A stretch of 64,000 nucleotides of DNA from Chthoniobacteraceae bacterium (GTDB taxonomy: Bacteria > Verrucomicrobiota > Verrucomicrobiia > Chthoniobacterales > Chthoniobacteraceae): positions 1 through 64,000 of the forward strand of contig JANNWY010000083.1 of assembly GCA_031409335.1 (NCBI GenBank), in the 5' to 3' direction. Shown one piece after another: positions 20,910 through 29,384 of the stretch. Every line of letters starts with the position of its first letter. Position 1 is the stretch's first letter. The translations under genes and the position numbers were made by a program. The notes under the pieces were generated by a model. That model worked only from the letters and a program-made list of their open reading frames with translations, was not told the DNA's origin and did no database searches.

Positions 20910-22205
20910 ATGAAACTTCGCCACGCGCTCCCGCTCGCAGCCCTGCTCGCTCTCACGCTGGAAAGTGCCGGCGCGATCAAGGCCGTCAAACGCAATTACC
21001 TTGCCGAAGCGGAAGAGGCGCTCCGGCGCAACGATCCCGACGCCGCGCTCAAATCACTCGACGCCGCACTCGCCGAGAATCCTGAGAATCCGGGCGCGCA
21101 CTTTTGGCGCGGGCGTCTGCTGGCGGGAAAAAACGAGTGGGACAAGGCGCTGGTCGATCTCGACGAAGCGGTGCGGCTCGATCCCACGAATCCGCAGGCC
21201 TACGGATACCGCGGCTACGTTCACCAAAAACGCCGCGAAATGGACGCGGCGGTCGCGGACCTGAACACGGCGCTGCGACTCAATCCGCGCGATGATTGGG
21301 CGCTGTATTGCCGCGGCCTCGTGTCGGGTGAGCGCGGCGATTATGCGAGTGCCGTCAGCGATCTCGACGCGGCCATCGATGCGAATCCGAACAATCTCGC
21401 GGCCATCAACGGGCGCGGTCACATCCATCTGCTGCGCCAGGACTTTCTAAAAGCGATCGTCGATTTCGAGCGCAGCATCGCGATGGATCCGGCGGACCCG
21501 GCGGGCTACACCGGCCGGGCGGCTGCCTATTTTATGAAGGGCGACTTCCAAAAAGCCGCGGATGATTACACGAAGGTCATCGGCCTTTTGCCGAAGGATT
21601 CCCGACCGCTGGTGCAGCGCGGATATGCGATGGCGGCGCTGAAGGAGACGGAACGAGCGCTGGCGGATTTCGAACTCGCGCTCCGGCTCGATCCGAAGGA
21701 AGCGAGCGCGCTGGTCGGTCGCGCGGAACTGCGGCGCATCGCGAAGAAATGGGCGGAAGCCATCGCGGACTACGACGCGGCGATCGCTCTCGAACCCGCG
21801 GATTTTCGCGCGCTGATGGGACGCGCGGCGGCGCGCTACGGCCAGGGAGAAATCGAGAAGGCGCTGGAAGATTACTCGGCGACGATGAAATCGCACCCCG
21901 ACGAGCCGCAACCTTTCAACGACTACGCGTGGATGCTCGCGACCGCGACAAAGGACAGCGTGCGCGATGGCGCGAAGGCGGTCGATCTGGCGAAGCAGGC
22001 GTGCAAATTAACCGACTACAAAAACGCGGCGTTCATCGACACCCTTGCCGCCGCCTACGCGGAAAAGGGCGAATGGGATGAGGCGCTGAAGTGGCAGCAG
22101 GAAGCGGTGAAGCTCAGCGGCGACCAGCCCGAGGACGTGCGCAAGGAACTCGAAGAGCGCATCCCGCTTTACAAAGAGAAGAAGGCGTATCGCGAGAAGC
22201 TGTAG
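20910..22205 (+). CDS. Secreted tetratricopeptide repeat protein
   Basis: Signal peptide; about 9 tandem 34-aa repeats (AxxDxxxAxxLDP); C-terminal AWMLAT...RDGAKAV..A..AC...DTLAAAYAE. Confidence 0.9.
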   Translation: MKLRHALPLAALLALTLESAGAIKAVKRNYLAEAEEALRRNDPDAALKSLDAALAENPENPGAHFWRGRLLAGKNEWDKALVDLDEAVRLDPTNPQAYGYRGYVHQKRREMDAAVADLNTALRLNPRDDWALYCRGLVSGERGDYASAVSDLDAAIDANPNNLAAINGRGHIHLLRQDFLKAIVDFERSIAMDPADPAGYTGRAAAYFMKGDFQKAADDYTKVIGLLPKDSRPLVQRGYAMAALKETERALADFELALRLDPKEASALVGRAELRRIAKKWAEAIADYDAAIALEPADFRALMGRAAARYGQGEIEKALEDYSATMKSHPDEPQPFNDYAWMLATATKDSVRDGAKAVDLAKQACKLTDYKNAAFIDTLAAAYAEKGEWDEALKWQQEAVKLSGDQPEDVRKELEERIPLYKEKKAYREKL

Positions 22206-22211
22206 GCGGGA

Positions 22212-22781
22212 TTACACGCCGGTGTTCGCGTAGATTTCCGAGAGCGGAAGCGCGATGACTGGATCGGCGATCGTGAGCACTGCGTCGTTGCCGGTGAGGG
22301 TTTGCGTTTCCCAACCGTCGCCGCCGCGCCGCCAGACGTTCAGCTCCATCTTGAATTGATCGACGAGGACGTAGGTTTGGAGGCTTTCGAGCGTCTGATA
22401 CGCCCAACGTTTTTCCCGTTGATCGAGACGCGCGGTGTCGGGTGAAAGCACCTCGAAGATGACGCTTGGATAGTCGGAAAAGTAGTCTTCCGTGTCGCGC
22501 GGATCGCAACTCACGAAGACATCAGGGTAATAAAAGAGCGTCTCGCCGCGGGTGCGGACGCGGACTTTCATATTGAAGGCGAAAACGTCTCCACGCTTAT
22601 CGCGCCGCATTTGGGAAAGTGCTGACAGGATACTTCCTCCGAGAAGATTGTGCCTCCGGTTCGTCGCGGGCATCTCGTAGATTTCGCCTGCCACATACTC
22701 GTGCTTCACTTCACTTTTCCGTTCCCCTTCCAGATATTCCTCAACCGTGACCAGCGTGGCAATTTTGTCAAAAGCACTCAT
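22212..22781 (-). CDS. Uma2 family (PD-(D/E)XK-like) endonuclease
   Basis: EEYLEGE..SEVKHEYVAGEIY, YYPDVFVSCD, EVLSPDT...D..EK. Confidence 0.9.
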   Translation of the reverse strand: MSAFDKIATLVTVEEYLEGERKSEVKHEYVAGEIYEMPATNRRHNLLGGSILSALSQMRRDKRGDVFAFNMKVRVRTRGETLFYYPDVFVSCDPRDTEDYFSDYPSVIFEVLSPDTARLDQREKRWAYQTLESLQTYVLVDQFKMELNVWRRGGDGWETQTLTGNDAVLTIADPVIALPLSEIYANTGV

Positions 22782-22812
22782 GCCCGTGGCTCGAATGGCA
22801 AACGCTGCGCGC

Positions 22813-24528
22813 TCAATCCGTTTCCGTCATCGCCTCGTCCGCCTGCGTGACGCGCACGACTTCCTCCACGGTCGTCTGCCCGCGCAACACGCGCCGCCAG
22901 CCGTCGCTGCGCAGGCTGTCCATGCCGTCGATCATCGCGCGATTCTTCAGGTCGTTGCCCGTGGATTTCCGAATGATGAGCCGGCGCAGCGGCTCGGTGA
23001 CGGCGCAGAGTTCGTAAATCGCCGCGCGGCCTTTGTAGCCGGTGTGGCGGCAGGTGTCGCAGCCCACGCCTTTGTAAAATTTGAAATCCTCCGGCATCGG
23101 CGCCTCGATCTCCTTCAAATAATCGATCGGATAGCCCGCCTCTTGTTTGCAATCCTGGCAGATCGTGCGGACGAGCCGCTGCGCGAGAAAGGCGCGGACG
23201 ACGCTCGCGAGCAGGAAGGGCTCGATGCCCATGTCGAGCAGACGCGTGATGCCGCTCACGGCGTCGTTCGTATGGAGCGTGGAGAAAACTAAGTGGCCCG
23301 TCATGGCCGCGCGGATCGCGATTTCGGCAGTCTCGAAATCGCGGATTTCGCCGACCATCACGATGTTCGGGTCCTGCCGCAAAATGGCGCGCAGGCCGTT
23401 CGCAAAGGTCAGCCCAATCTCGCCTTTCACATCGATCTGCGACACGCCCGGCAGCCGGTACTCGACGGGTTCCTCGATCGTGATGATGCGCCGCGACACC
23501 GCATTGATGCTGGAAAGGAACGAATACAGCGTCGTCGATTTTCCCGAGCCGGTCGGGCCGGTGACGAGGATGATTCCGTTGGGAAGCTGGAGCAGTTTTT
23601 TGACGGACGCGACCTGCTTCTCGCTCATGTCGAGCCGATCAACGCCGAAGGCCAGCGTCTCGCTCCGGCTCAGGAGACGCAGCGAAATGCTCTCGCCATT
23701 CACCGTCGGGATGGTGGAAACGCGCACGTCGATCGCACCGGCGGTCGTGTTCAAATTGATGCGGCCATCCTGCGGCAGGCGACGCTCTGCGATGTCCATG
23801 TGCGCCATGACTTTCAGCCGCGAGATGATCGCGCTTTGCAACACGCGGAGCTGCGGCGGCACGGCAACTTCGTGCAGGATGCCGTCGATGCGGTAGCGGA
23901 TGCGCAGATCGTTTTCGAGCGGCTCGACGTGGATGTCCGTCGCGCGTTCGTAGATCGCCTCGCGGATCACCTGGTTCACAAACTTCACGACGCTCGCCTC
24001 GGGATCGTCGCTCGCGATGTCGTGCGCCTGCTCGCGCTCGATCGACTCGTCGTACGAACGCGTGTTTTTCAGCAGCTCATCAAATGTCTCCGCGCCGACG
24101 CCGTAGAGCGTCTTGATCGCGCGCAGCAAAGTCCCGCGCGGCGTGATCGCCCATTCGATCTGCTTTCCCGAGAGTTGCTGCGCGGCGAGACGGCGCGCGA
24201 TCGTGTTGAACGGATCGTACGTCGCCAGCTTCACCGTCGTCTCCGTCGCCTCGATCGGGAGGACTTGATGTTTGAAAACAAAACGCGCCGGCAAAAGTCC
24301 CTGCACCGCGCGATCGATCTTCGTCGCCTCCACGGCGACGAGCGGCATTTTGAAAAGCTCGCCCAAGCCCGCGGCAAACTTGTGTTCATCGACCTTGCCG
24401 GAATTCAGCGCCTCGATGCTCCACGTACTCCCCGACGGCGGCGTGATCGCCGCGAGTTGCTGCACGTCCTCATCAGCAGAGACGCCGCTGGCGAGCAGGA
24501 GATCGACGAGCGCCTTCCGCGAAGTCAT
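22813..24528 (-). CDS. gspE: GspE/PulE family secretion ATPase
   Basis: ATDIHVEP, DIAERRLPQDG, GPTGSGKSTT, LRQDPNIVMVGEIRD, TGHLVFSTLHTN, two CxxC motifs. Confidence 0.92.
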   Translation of the reverse strand: MTSRKALVDLLLASGVSADEDVQQLAAITPPSGSTWSIEALNSGKVDEHKFAAGLGELFKMPLVAVEATKIDRAVQGLLPARFVFKHQVLPIEATETTVKLATYDPFNTIARRLAAQQLSGKQIEWAITPRGTLLRAIKTLYGVGAETFDELLKNTRSYDESIEREQAHDIASDDPEASVVKFVNQVIREAIYERATDIHVEPLENDLRIRYRIDGILHEVAVPPQLRVLQSAIISRLKVMAHMDIAERRLPQDGRINLNTTAGAIDVRVSTIPTVNGESISLRLLSRSETLAFGVDRLDMSEKQVASVKKLLQLPNGIILVTGPTGSGKSTTLYSFLSSINAVSRRIITIEEPVEYRLPGVSQIDVKGEIGLTFANGLRAILRQDPNIVMVGEIRDFETAEIAIRAAMTGHLVFSTLHTNDAVSGITRLLDMGIEPFLLASVVRAFLAQRLVRTICQDCKQEAGYPIDYLKEIEAPMPEDFKFYKGVGCDTCRHTGYKGRAAIYELCAVTEPLRRLIIRKSTGNDLKNRAMIDGMDSLRSDGWRRVLRGQTTVEEVVRVTQADEAMTETD

Positions 24529-26999
24529 TTCCGTTTCGCGCTGCGCTTCGGAGCCGGTGCGGAGACGTTATCGCGCAGTACCGGTTCGCCGCGCCGGAAT
24601 GTTTCGTCGGCAGGCACCGCTTTGCGGATGCCTTTCGGTGCGAGGGTGGATTCCAGATCCGGTTCCATTTGAAAACCATCGAATTGCCGCTCCCGCTGGC
24701 TGATCGCATCGCGCGGCGTATTGCTCACCACGGGACGCAGCAGGATCACGAGTTCATCGCGCGATTTGCTGGTCCGCGTACTGCGGAAGAGCGCGCCGAT
24801 GCCGGGGATTTTGCTCAGGTAGGGGATGCCGCTTTTCGAGACGGTGTTGCGTTCGATCCGCAGACCGCCGAGCACGATGGTGGCGCCGCTCGGGACGCTC
24901 ACGTTCGTTTTCAAAACGCGGGTGCCGATCCGCGGGATGGCGTTGCCGCTGATCGTGTCGCTTTCGCCGGAGAGTTCGTCGATTTTCTGCACGATCTCGA
25001 GCTGGCACTCATTGTCCGAGTTGATCAGTGGCAGCACTTCGAGCTGGGTGGCGACGGTCTTGAATTGCACGCTCGAATTCGTGGACAGCCCGTTGTTTGC
25101 ATTCACACCCACGGCGGAGCTGGTGATGTTCGTTGGCACGGCAATCTCGGTGCCGGATGAAATCACCGCCTTTTTGTTGTTGCTGGTGAAAACGCTGGGG
25201 TTCGATGTCACGCGAAATCGCCCCGTCGTGTTCAGCGCCTGCACGATCACATCGAGCGCATTTCCCGCCGTAAAAAAGCCGCCCAAGCCACCGGCACCGC
25301 CCGTGGCAATCTGCGTGATTTTGCTTTGGTTCAGCAATGACACCAGGCTCAGACCACGCGGATTCGTGAGCGTGTCCGGCGTCACCACCAGCCCGCCCGC
25401 GCCGCCCGTTCCCGTCGTCCCGGTTCGCAGACCATCGTCGCCACCTTTGCGCAGGATGTAACTCACGCCGAACTGCTCGTCGTCATTCAAAGTCAGCGTC
25501 CCGATCACCGCGTGGATCGTCACCTGCGGCGCGCGCACGTCGATCTTGTCGAGGAACGCGAAGACCTTTTGCTGCACGTCCTTGTTGCCGATCACGATGA
25601 TCGCGTTCGCCCGTTTGTCGGCGATGATCCGCGTGTTTCCCACCGTGAAGGCCTCCGGCACCACGTCGCGCTCTTCCGCATTCAGGCTCTCCGAAAACCC
25701 GCCCGTGCCGCCGCCACCACCGCCGCCGAGGCCGCCGGAGTTTCCTCCAAAACGGTTGTTATCCGAAAGATTCTGCGTGTTGCCGGTGTTCCCGCGGCCC
25801 GTCTGGCCGCGCTGGGTCCCGCCTGCGCCGCCTTCATTTTTCTCGCCGGGATCGGAGATGGCCTGCTTCATCGCATCGAGAATGTCGCCTGCGGAGACAT
25901 GCTTCAGCGGTCGCGTCACTGGCTCGCCGAAGATCGTGTCCGCATCAAGTTGCTCGATGAGCTTGCGGAAAAACTTCAAGTTCACCGGCCGCGTCACGAT
26001 GTGGATGCGATTGGTCCGCGCATCGGCCTGGAGGATCGTTTTCCCCACGACCACCGCATCCTCCGAAAGCACGCGCCCGGAATTCACCTCAATCGTATTC
26101 GGCGCCGTCACCTCGACCGTCGCCTGCTGGGAACCGCCGGGCAGCGGCACACCTTCGGGCGTGATCGCCGCATTCGCGCGGTTGAGATTGGGCCGCGGCA
26201 CGCCCGGCGTCGTCGGTGCCGCGCCGGTCTGGCCTTTCGGCTGGATGATGTCCTGCAACTTCTCCAGCACATCCTTCGCATCGGCGCGTTGCAGCGAGAA
26301 AAATTCGCTCTTCACCTCCGCCGGCGGCAGATCGATCTCGCGGATAATGCGCAGCAGGCCGCGGATGATGATGGAATTCTCTGTGATCAAAAGCGCGCCC
26401 GCTTTTGGCAGCGGCGTCACTCCCGGCCCGAGGGGTCCCGCAGGAATCGCTTGGCCGAGTGTTTGCGCCAGTTCCGTCGCGTCCGCGAACTCGAGCTTTT
26501 TTAGAAACGTGACGACCTGTTCGTTCTCGGGGAGTTCAGCGAGTTCCGAATAAATCGGGATGCCCAAATTGCGCGGCGTCCCGCCCGGCCCGGTGATTTT
26601 CCAAATCCTCTCATCCACCGGGATGAGCGTGTATTTGTTCATCATCAGACTGATCTCGATGATTTTGAGCGCCTCCTCTTTCGGGATTTGTTGCGAGACG
26701 ACGATGTTGAGTTGTCCGACGACCGTATTGTCGCGGATCAAGCGCCGCCCGGTGAGCCGCTCGTAGAAATCCAGCACCGCATTGACGTCCGCATTTGGAA
26801 ACTGGAGTTGCACCATTTCCCCTCCCATCGACGGCATCGCCGCTGGCGCGGCAGGCAATGGCGCGGCGGGGATCTGGGGCCTGACGTTTTGCGGCGTCAC
26901 GGGAGGCACCGGCACCGGCAGCGCTGGCTGGGCGGGATTCTGGGCGGACGCTCCTGCGGACAGCATCAGGAGCGGGATGAAAATGGATGGGCGAAACAC
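24525..26999 (-). CDS. gspD: Type II secretion secretin GspD
   Basis: Signal peptide, N0 domain (LQFPNADV), N domains (ADARTNRI, ADKRANAII), secretin core SGATIVLGGL...GIPYLSKIPGIGALFRS...ELVILLRP. Confidence 0.9.
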   Translation of the reverse strand: MFRPSIFIPLLMLSAGASAQNPAQPALPVPVPPVTPQNVRPQIPAAPLPAAPAAMPSMGGEMVQLQFPNADVNAVLDFYERLTGRRLIRDNTVVGQLNIVVSQQIPKEEALKIIEISLMMNKYTLIPVDERIWKITGPGGTPRNLGIPIYSELAELPENEQVVTFLKKLEFADATELAQTLGQAIPAGPLGPGVTPLPKAGALLITENSIIIRGLLRIIREIDLPPAEVKSEFFSLQRADAKDVLEKLQDIIQPKGQTGAAPTTPGVPRPNLNRANAAITPEGVPLPGGSQQATVEVTAPNTIEVNSGRVLSEDAVVVGKTILQADARTNRIHIVTRPVNLKFFRKLIEQLDADTIFGEPVTRPLKHVSAGDILDAMKQAISDPGEKNEGGAGGTQRGQTGRGNTGNTQNLSDNNRFGGNSGGLGGGGGGGTGGFSESLNAEERDVVPEAFTVGNTRIIADKRANAIIVIGNKDVQQKVFAFLDKIDVRAPQVTIHAVIGTLTLNDDEQFGVSYILRKGGDDGLRTGTTGTGGAGGLVVTPDTLTNPRGLSLVSLLNQSKITQIATGGAGGLGGFFTAGNALDVIVQALNTTGRFRVTSNPSVFTSNNKKAVISSGTEIAVPTNITSSAVGVNANNGLSTNSSVQFKTVATQLEVLPLINSDNECQLEIVQKIDELSGESDTISGNAIPRIGTRVLKTNVSVPSGATIVLGGLRIERNTVSKSGIPYLSKIPGIGALFRSTRTSKSRDELVILLRPVVSNTPRDAISQRERQFDGFQMEPDLESTLAPKGIRKAVPADETFRRGEPVLRDNVSAPAPKRSAKRK

Positions 27000-27104
27000 G
27001 GGCGATGAATAGGTGGGCAGCGGCGGGCGGTCAATAGAGGCCAGCGGAGGGAAATGCGTTCAATCTTGCGTGGGAAAAGATGGAGGCGCGGGAAACGGGA
27101 GGGT

Positions 27105-27271
27105 GAAAGCGGCCTCTGCGTTCGATGTTCGATGTTGGAAGTTCAATGTTCGATGTTCAGCCCGCCGCAGGCGCTTCGGTGGTCCGAATGCGCTCCCCGA
27201 ATTCCAAGGCCGCTGCGCGGGGCTGAACATCGAACTTCCAACGTCGAACATCGAACGCAGAGGCCGCTTTC
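27105..27271. repeat. Long inverted repeat with heptamer-repeat arms (MITE/REP-like)
   Basis: GAAAGCGGCCTCTGCGTTCGATGTTCGATGTTGGAAGTTC matches the reverse complement of GAACTTCCAACGTCGAACATCGAACGCAGAGGCCGCTTTC with one mismatch. Confidence 0.85.
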
Positions 27272-27308
27272 CATTTCCCCGCTTTCCGCCCACGCTCCGC
27301 TGCGATCC

Positions 27309-29384
27309 ATGAGCTTCCTCAACTCCGCGCTCTTCCCCGCGCTCATCGCCCTCGCCGGAGTGCCACTGCTCATTCATCTGCTGAACCTGAAATTCCCCAC
27401 GTATTTTCAGTTCTCCTCCGTCAAACACCTGCGAGATACCGTGGCGCAGGGCTCAAAGCTCTTCCGCTGGCGGCACCTCGTCCTGCTCGCCCTCCGCACG
27501 CTTTTCATCGTCGCGCTCATCTTCGCTTTTTTGCGGCCAGTGCTCCCGCGTTTCGGGTCAAACGCGGGCGCAAAATCCGGGCGCACCGTGCTGCTGATTT
27601 TCGATCGCTCGCTCAGCATGGAGCATCAGGATGGCGGCGTCTCGGCGCGGCAGCGCGCAGTCGCGGAAGCGGGGAAAATCCTCGGCACGCTCGGCCCCGA
27701 CGACGCGGTGAACGTCGTCCTCGCCGGGCAGACACCCGTCGCGTGTTTCAACGAATCCTCGAAAAATCACGCCGAGGCCCGGCGTTTCATCGAAGGGCAA
27801 AAGCCCGGCCTCGGACGCGCCGATTTCAGCCTCGCAAATGCGACCGCCGCGCGGCTGCTCGCGAAGACCACGCCGCTCACCGAGATCTATTACCTCTCGG
27901 ATTTTCAGCGCAAAACATGGGCCGCGGTGGATTTCACACCGCTGCCCGACAAGGCGCGGATTTTTTTCGTCGATGCCGCGCCCGGCGCGCGCGGAAATCA
28001 CGCGCTGCTCGGCGCGTCGATCAATCAATCGCAAGTCCTCGCCGGCGACACCGTGACGGTCGAAGTCGAGGTCGGAAACTTCGCCGCGCAGCCGCTCGAC
28101 GCGCCGATGAAAGTCGTGATCGATCAGCGCGTGAGTTTTGAAAAAAGCGTCAGCGTCCCCGCCTGGTCGTCCGCGAAAATCACGCTGCCCGTGCCGCCCG
28201 GCGGGCCGGGGCTCCATCTTTGCGAGATCACGCTTCCGCCCGATGATCTAGTGCAGGACGACCGCATTTGCCTCACGATCCCGGTGCTCGAAAAGGAAGG
28301 CATCCTCATCGTCACCGACACGCCCGATCCCGACAAAGACGCCGCGCTTTTCCTCCGCACCGCGCTGAATCCCTACGAAGACCTCGCCGGCTCGCTGCTG
28401 CCCGAGCAAGTGCGCGCCGCCGATCTCACGCCCGCGCGGCTCGCTTCCGTGAAAAAAGTTTTCCTCACGCGCGCCGGAAAGCTCGACGACGAAGCGATCA
28501 AGCGGCTCGCGGATTTTATCTTCCACGGTGGCGGCGTCGTCTGGTTTCTCGACGGCGAGGCCGATGCGGGAAATCTCGCCGCGCTCGAAAAAGCGAGTCC
28601 GCTCCCGATCAAACTCGCCGGGCGCCGCGTCGCAAAAAACGTCGGCGCGGATGCCCTGCAAATCATCCGCGGCGATTTCAAATCGAAATTCCTCCGCCTC
28701 TTCGCCGGAGCGCGCCGCCAAAATCTCGCGCTGCTGGAATTCTACGATCTCAACAACGCGAGCGCGACCGGCGCCGGCCACGTGCTGCTCACTTACACCG
28801 ACGGCACGCCCGCGATGGCGCAGCTCAATCACGGCCTCGGCACCCTGCTGCTCATGAATTTTTCCGCCGGTGAACTTTCCAGCAATCTCGCGCGGCAGCG
28901 ACTCTTCCCCGCGTGGATGCAGGAGATCGTGAAAAACCTCGCGAACGATGAAGCCGCCGCGCCCGCGACGATCGTGGGCGAGACCGTGACGGATGAAGTG
29001 TGGCGTAGCGAACTCAAGGAAGGCGCATTCCGCAAACCCGGCGGCAGCGCCGCGGCGTTCAAAGCCGAGACGCTCGGCGAGCGCGCCGCGCTTTCATTCG
29101 TGCCGGATGAACTCGGCTTTTACACCATCCAATCCGGCAAACTGCTCCACGCCTACGGCATCAATCCGCCGCCCGACGAAAGCGACCTGCGCCCGATCGA
29201 CCGCGCGCTCTTGCCCGACAATCTCGGCGCGCGCGGCCAGCAGGGATTTTTCGTGGCTGGCCGCGAGGACTTCGAGGATCTCGTGCGCGGCCGTCCGATC
29301 TTCCACTGGTTTATCTTCGCCGCGCTCGCCGCGCTCATCGCCGAGTCCGCATTTCAGCTTTTCGTCAGGAGGAAAACCGCGTGA
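27309..29384 (+). CDS. BatA-type N-terminal double-TM and vWA domain protein
   Basis: MSFLNS...VPLLIHLLN...FSSVKHL...LLALR...AFLRP; MIDAS DRSLSM; LSDFQ; C-terminal ESDLRP plus TM helix. Confidence 0.85.
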   Translation: MSFLNSALFPALIALAGVPLLIHLLNLKFPTYFQFSSVKHLRDTVAQGSKLFRWRHLVLLALRTLFIVALIFAFLRPVLPRFGSNAGAKSGRTVLLIFDRSLSMEHQDGGVSARQRAVAEAGKILGTLGPDDAVNVVLAGQTPVACFNESSKNHAEARRFIEGQKPGLGRADFSLANATAARLLAKTTPLTEIYYLSDFQRKTWAAVDFTPLPDKARIFFVDAAPGARGNHALLGASINQSQVLAGDTVTVEVEVGNFAAQPLDAPMKVVIDQRVSFEKSVSVPAWSSAKITLPVPPGGPGLHLCEITLPPDDLVQDDRICLTIPVLEKEGILIVTDTPDPDKDAALFLRTALNPYEDLAGSLLPEQVRAADLTPARLASVKKVFLTRAGKLDDEAIKRLADFIFHGGGVVWFLDGEADAGNLAALEKASPLPIKLAGRRVAKNVGADALQIIRGDFKSKFLRLFAGARRQNLALLEFYDLNNASATGAGHVLLTYTDGTPAMAQLNHGLGTLLLMNFSAGELSSNLARQRLFPAWMQEIVKNLANDEAAAPATIVGETVTDEVWRSELKEGAFRKPGGSAAAFKAETLGERAALSFVPDELGFYTIQSGKLLHAYGINPPPDESDLRPIDRALLPDNLGARGQQGFFVAGREDFEDLVRGRPIFHWFIFAALAALIAESAFQLFVRRKTA

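Noticed and set aside
20490..20910. FMN riboswitch upstream of ribF
   Set aside because: No RFN consensus segments on the minus strand; region is explained by REP-like palindromes
27105..27271. CRISPR array
   Set aside because: Inverted short-unit repeats with no repeat-spacer periodicity and no cas genes
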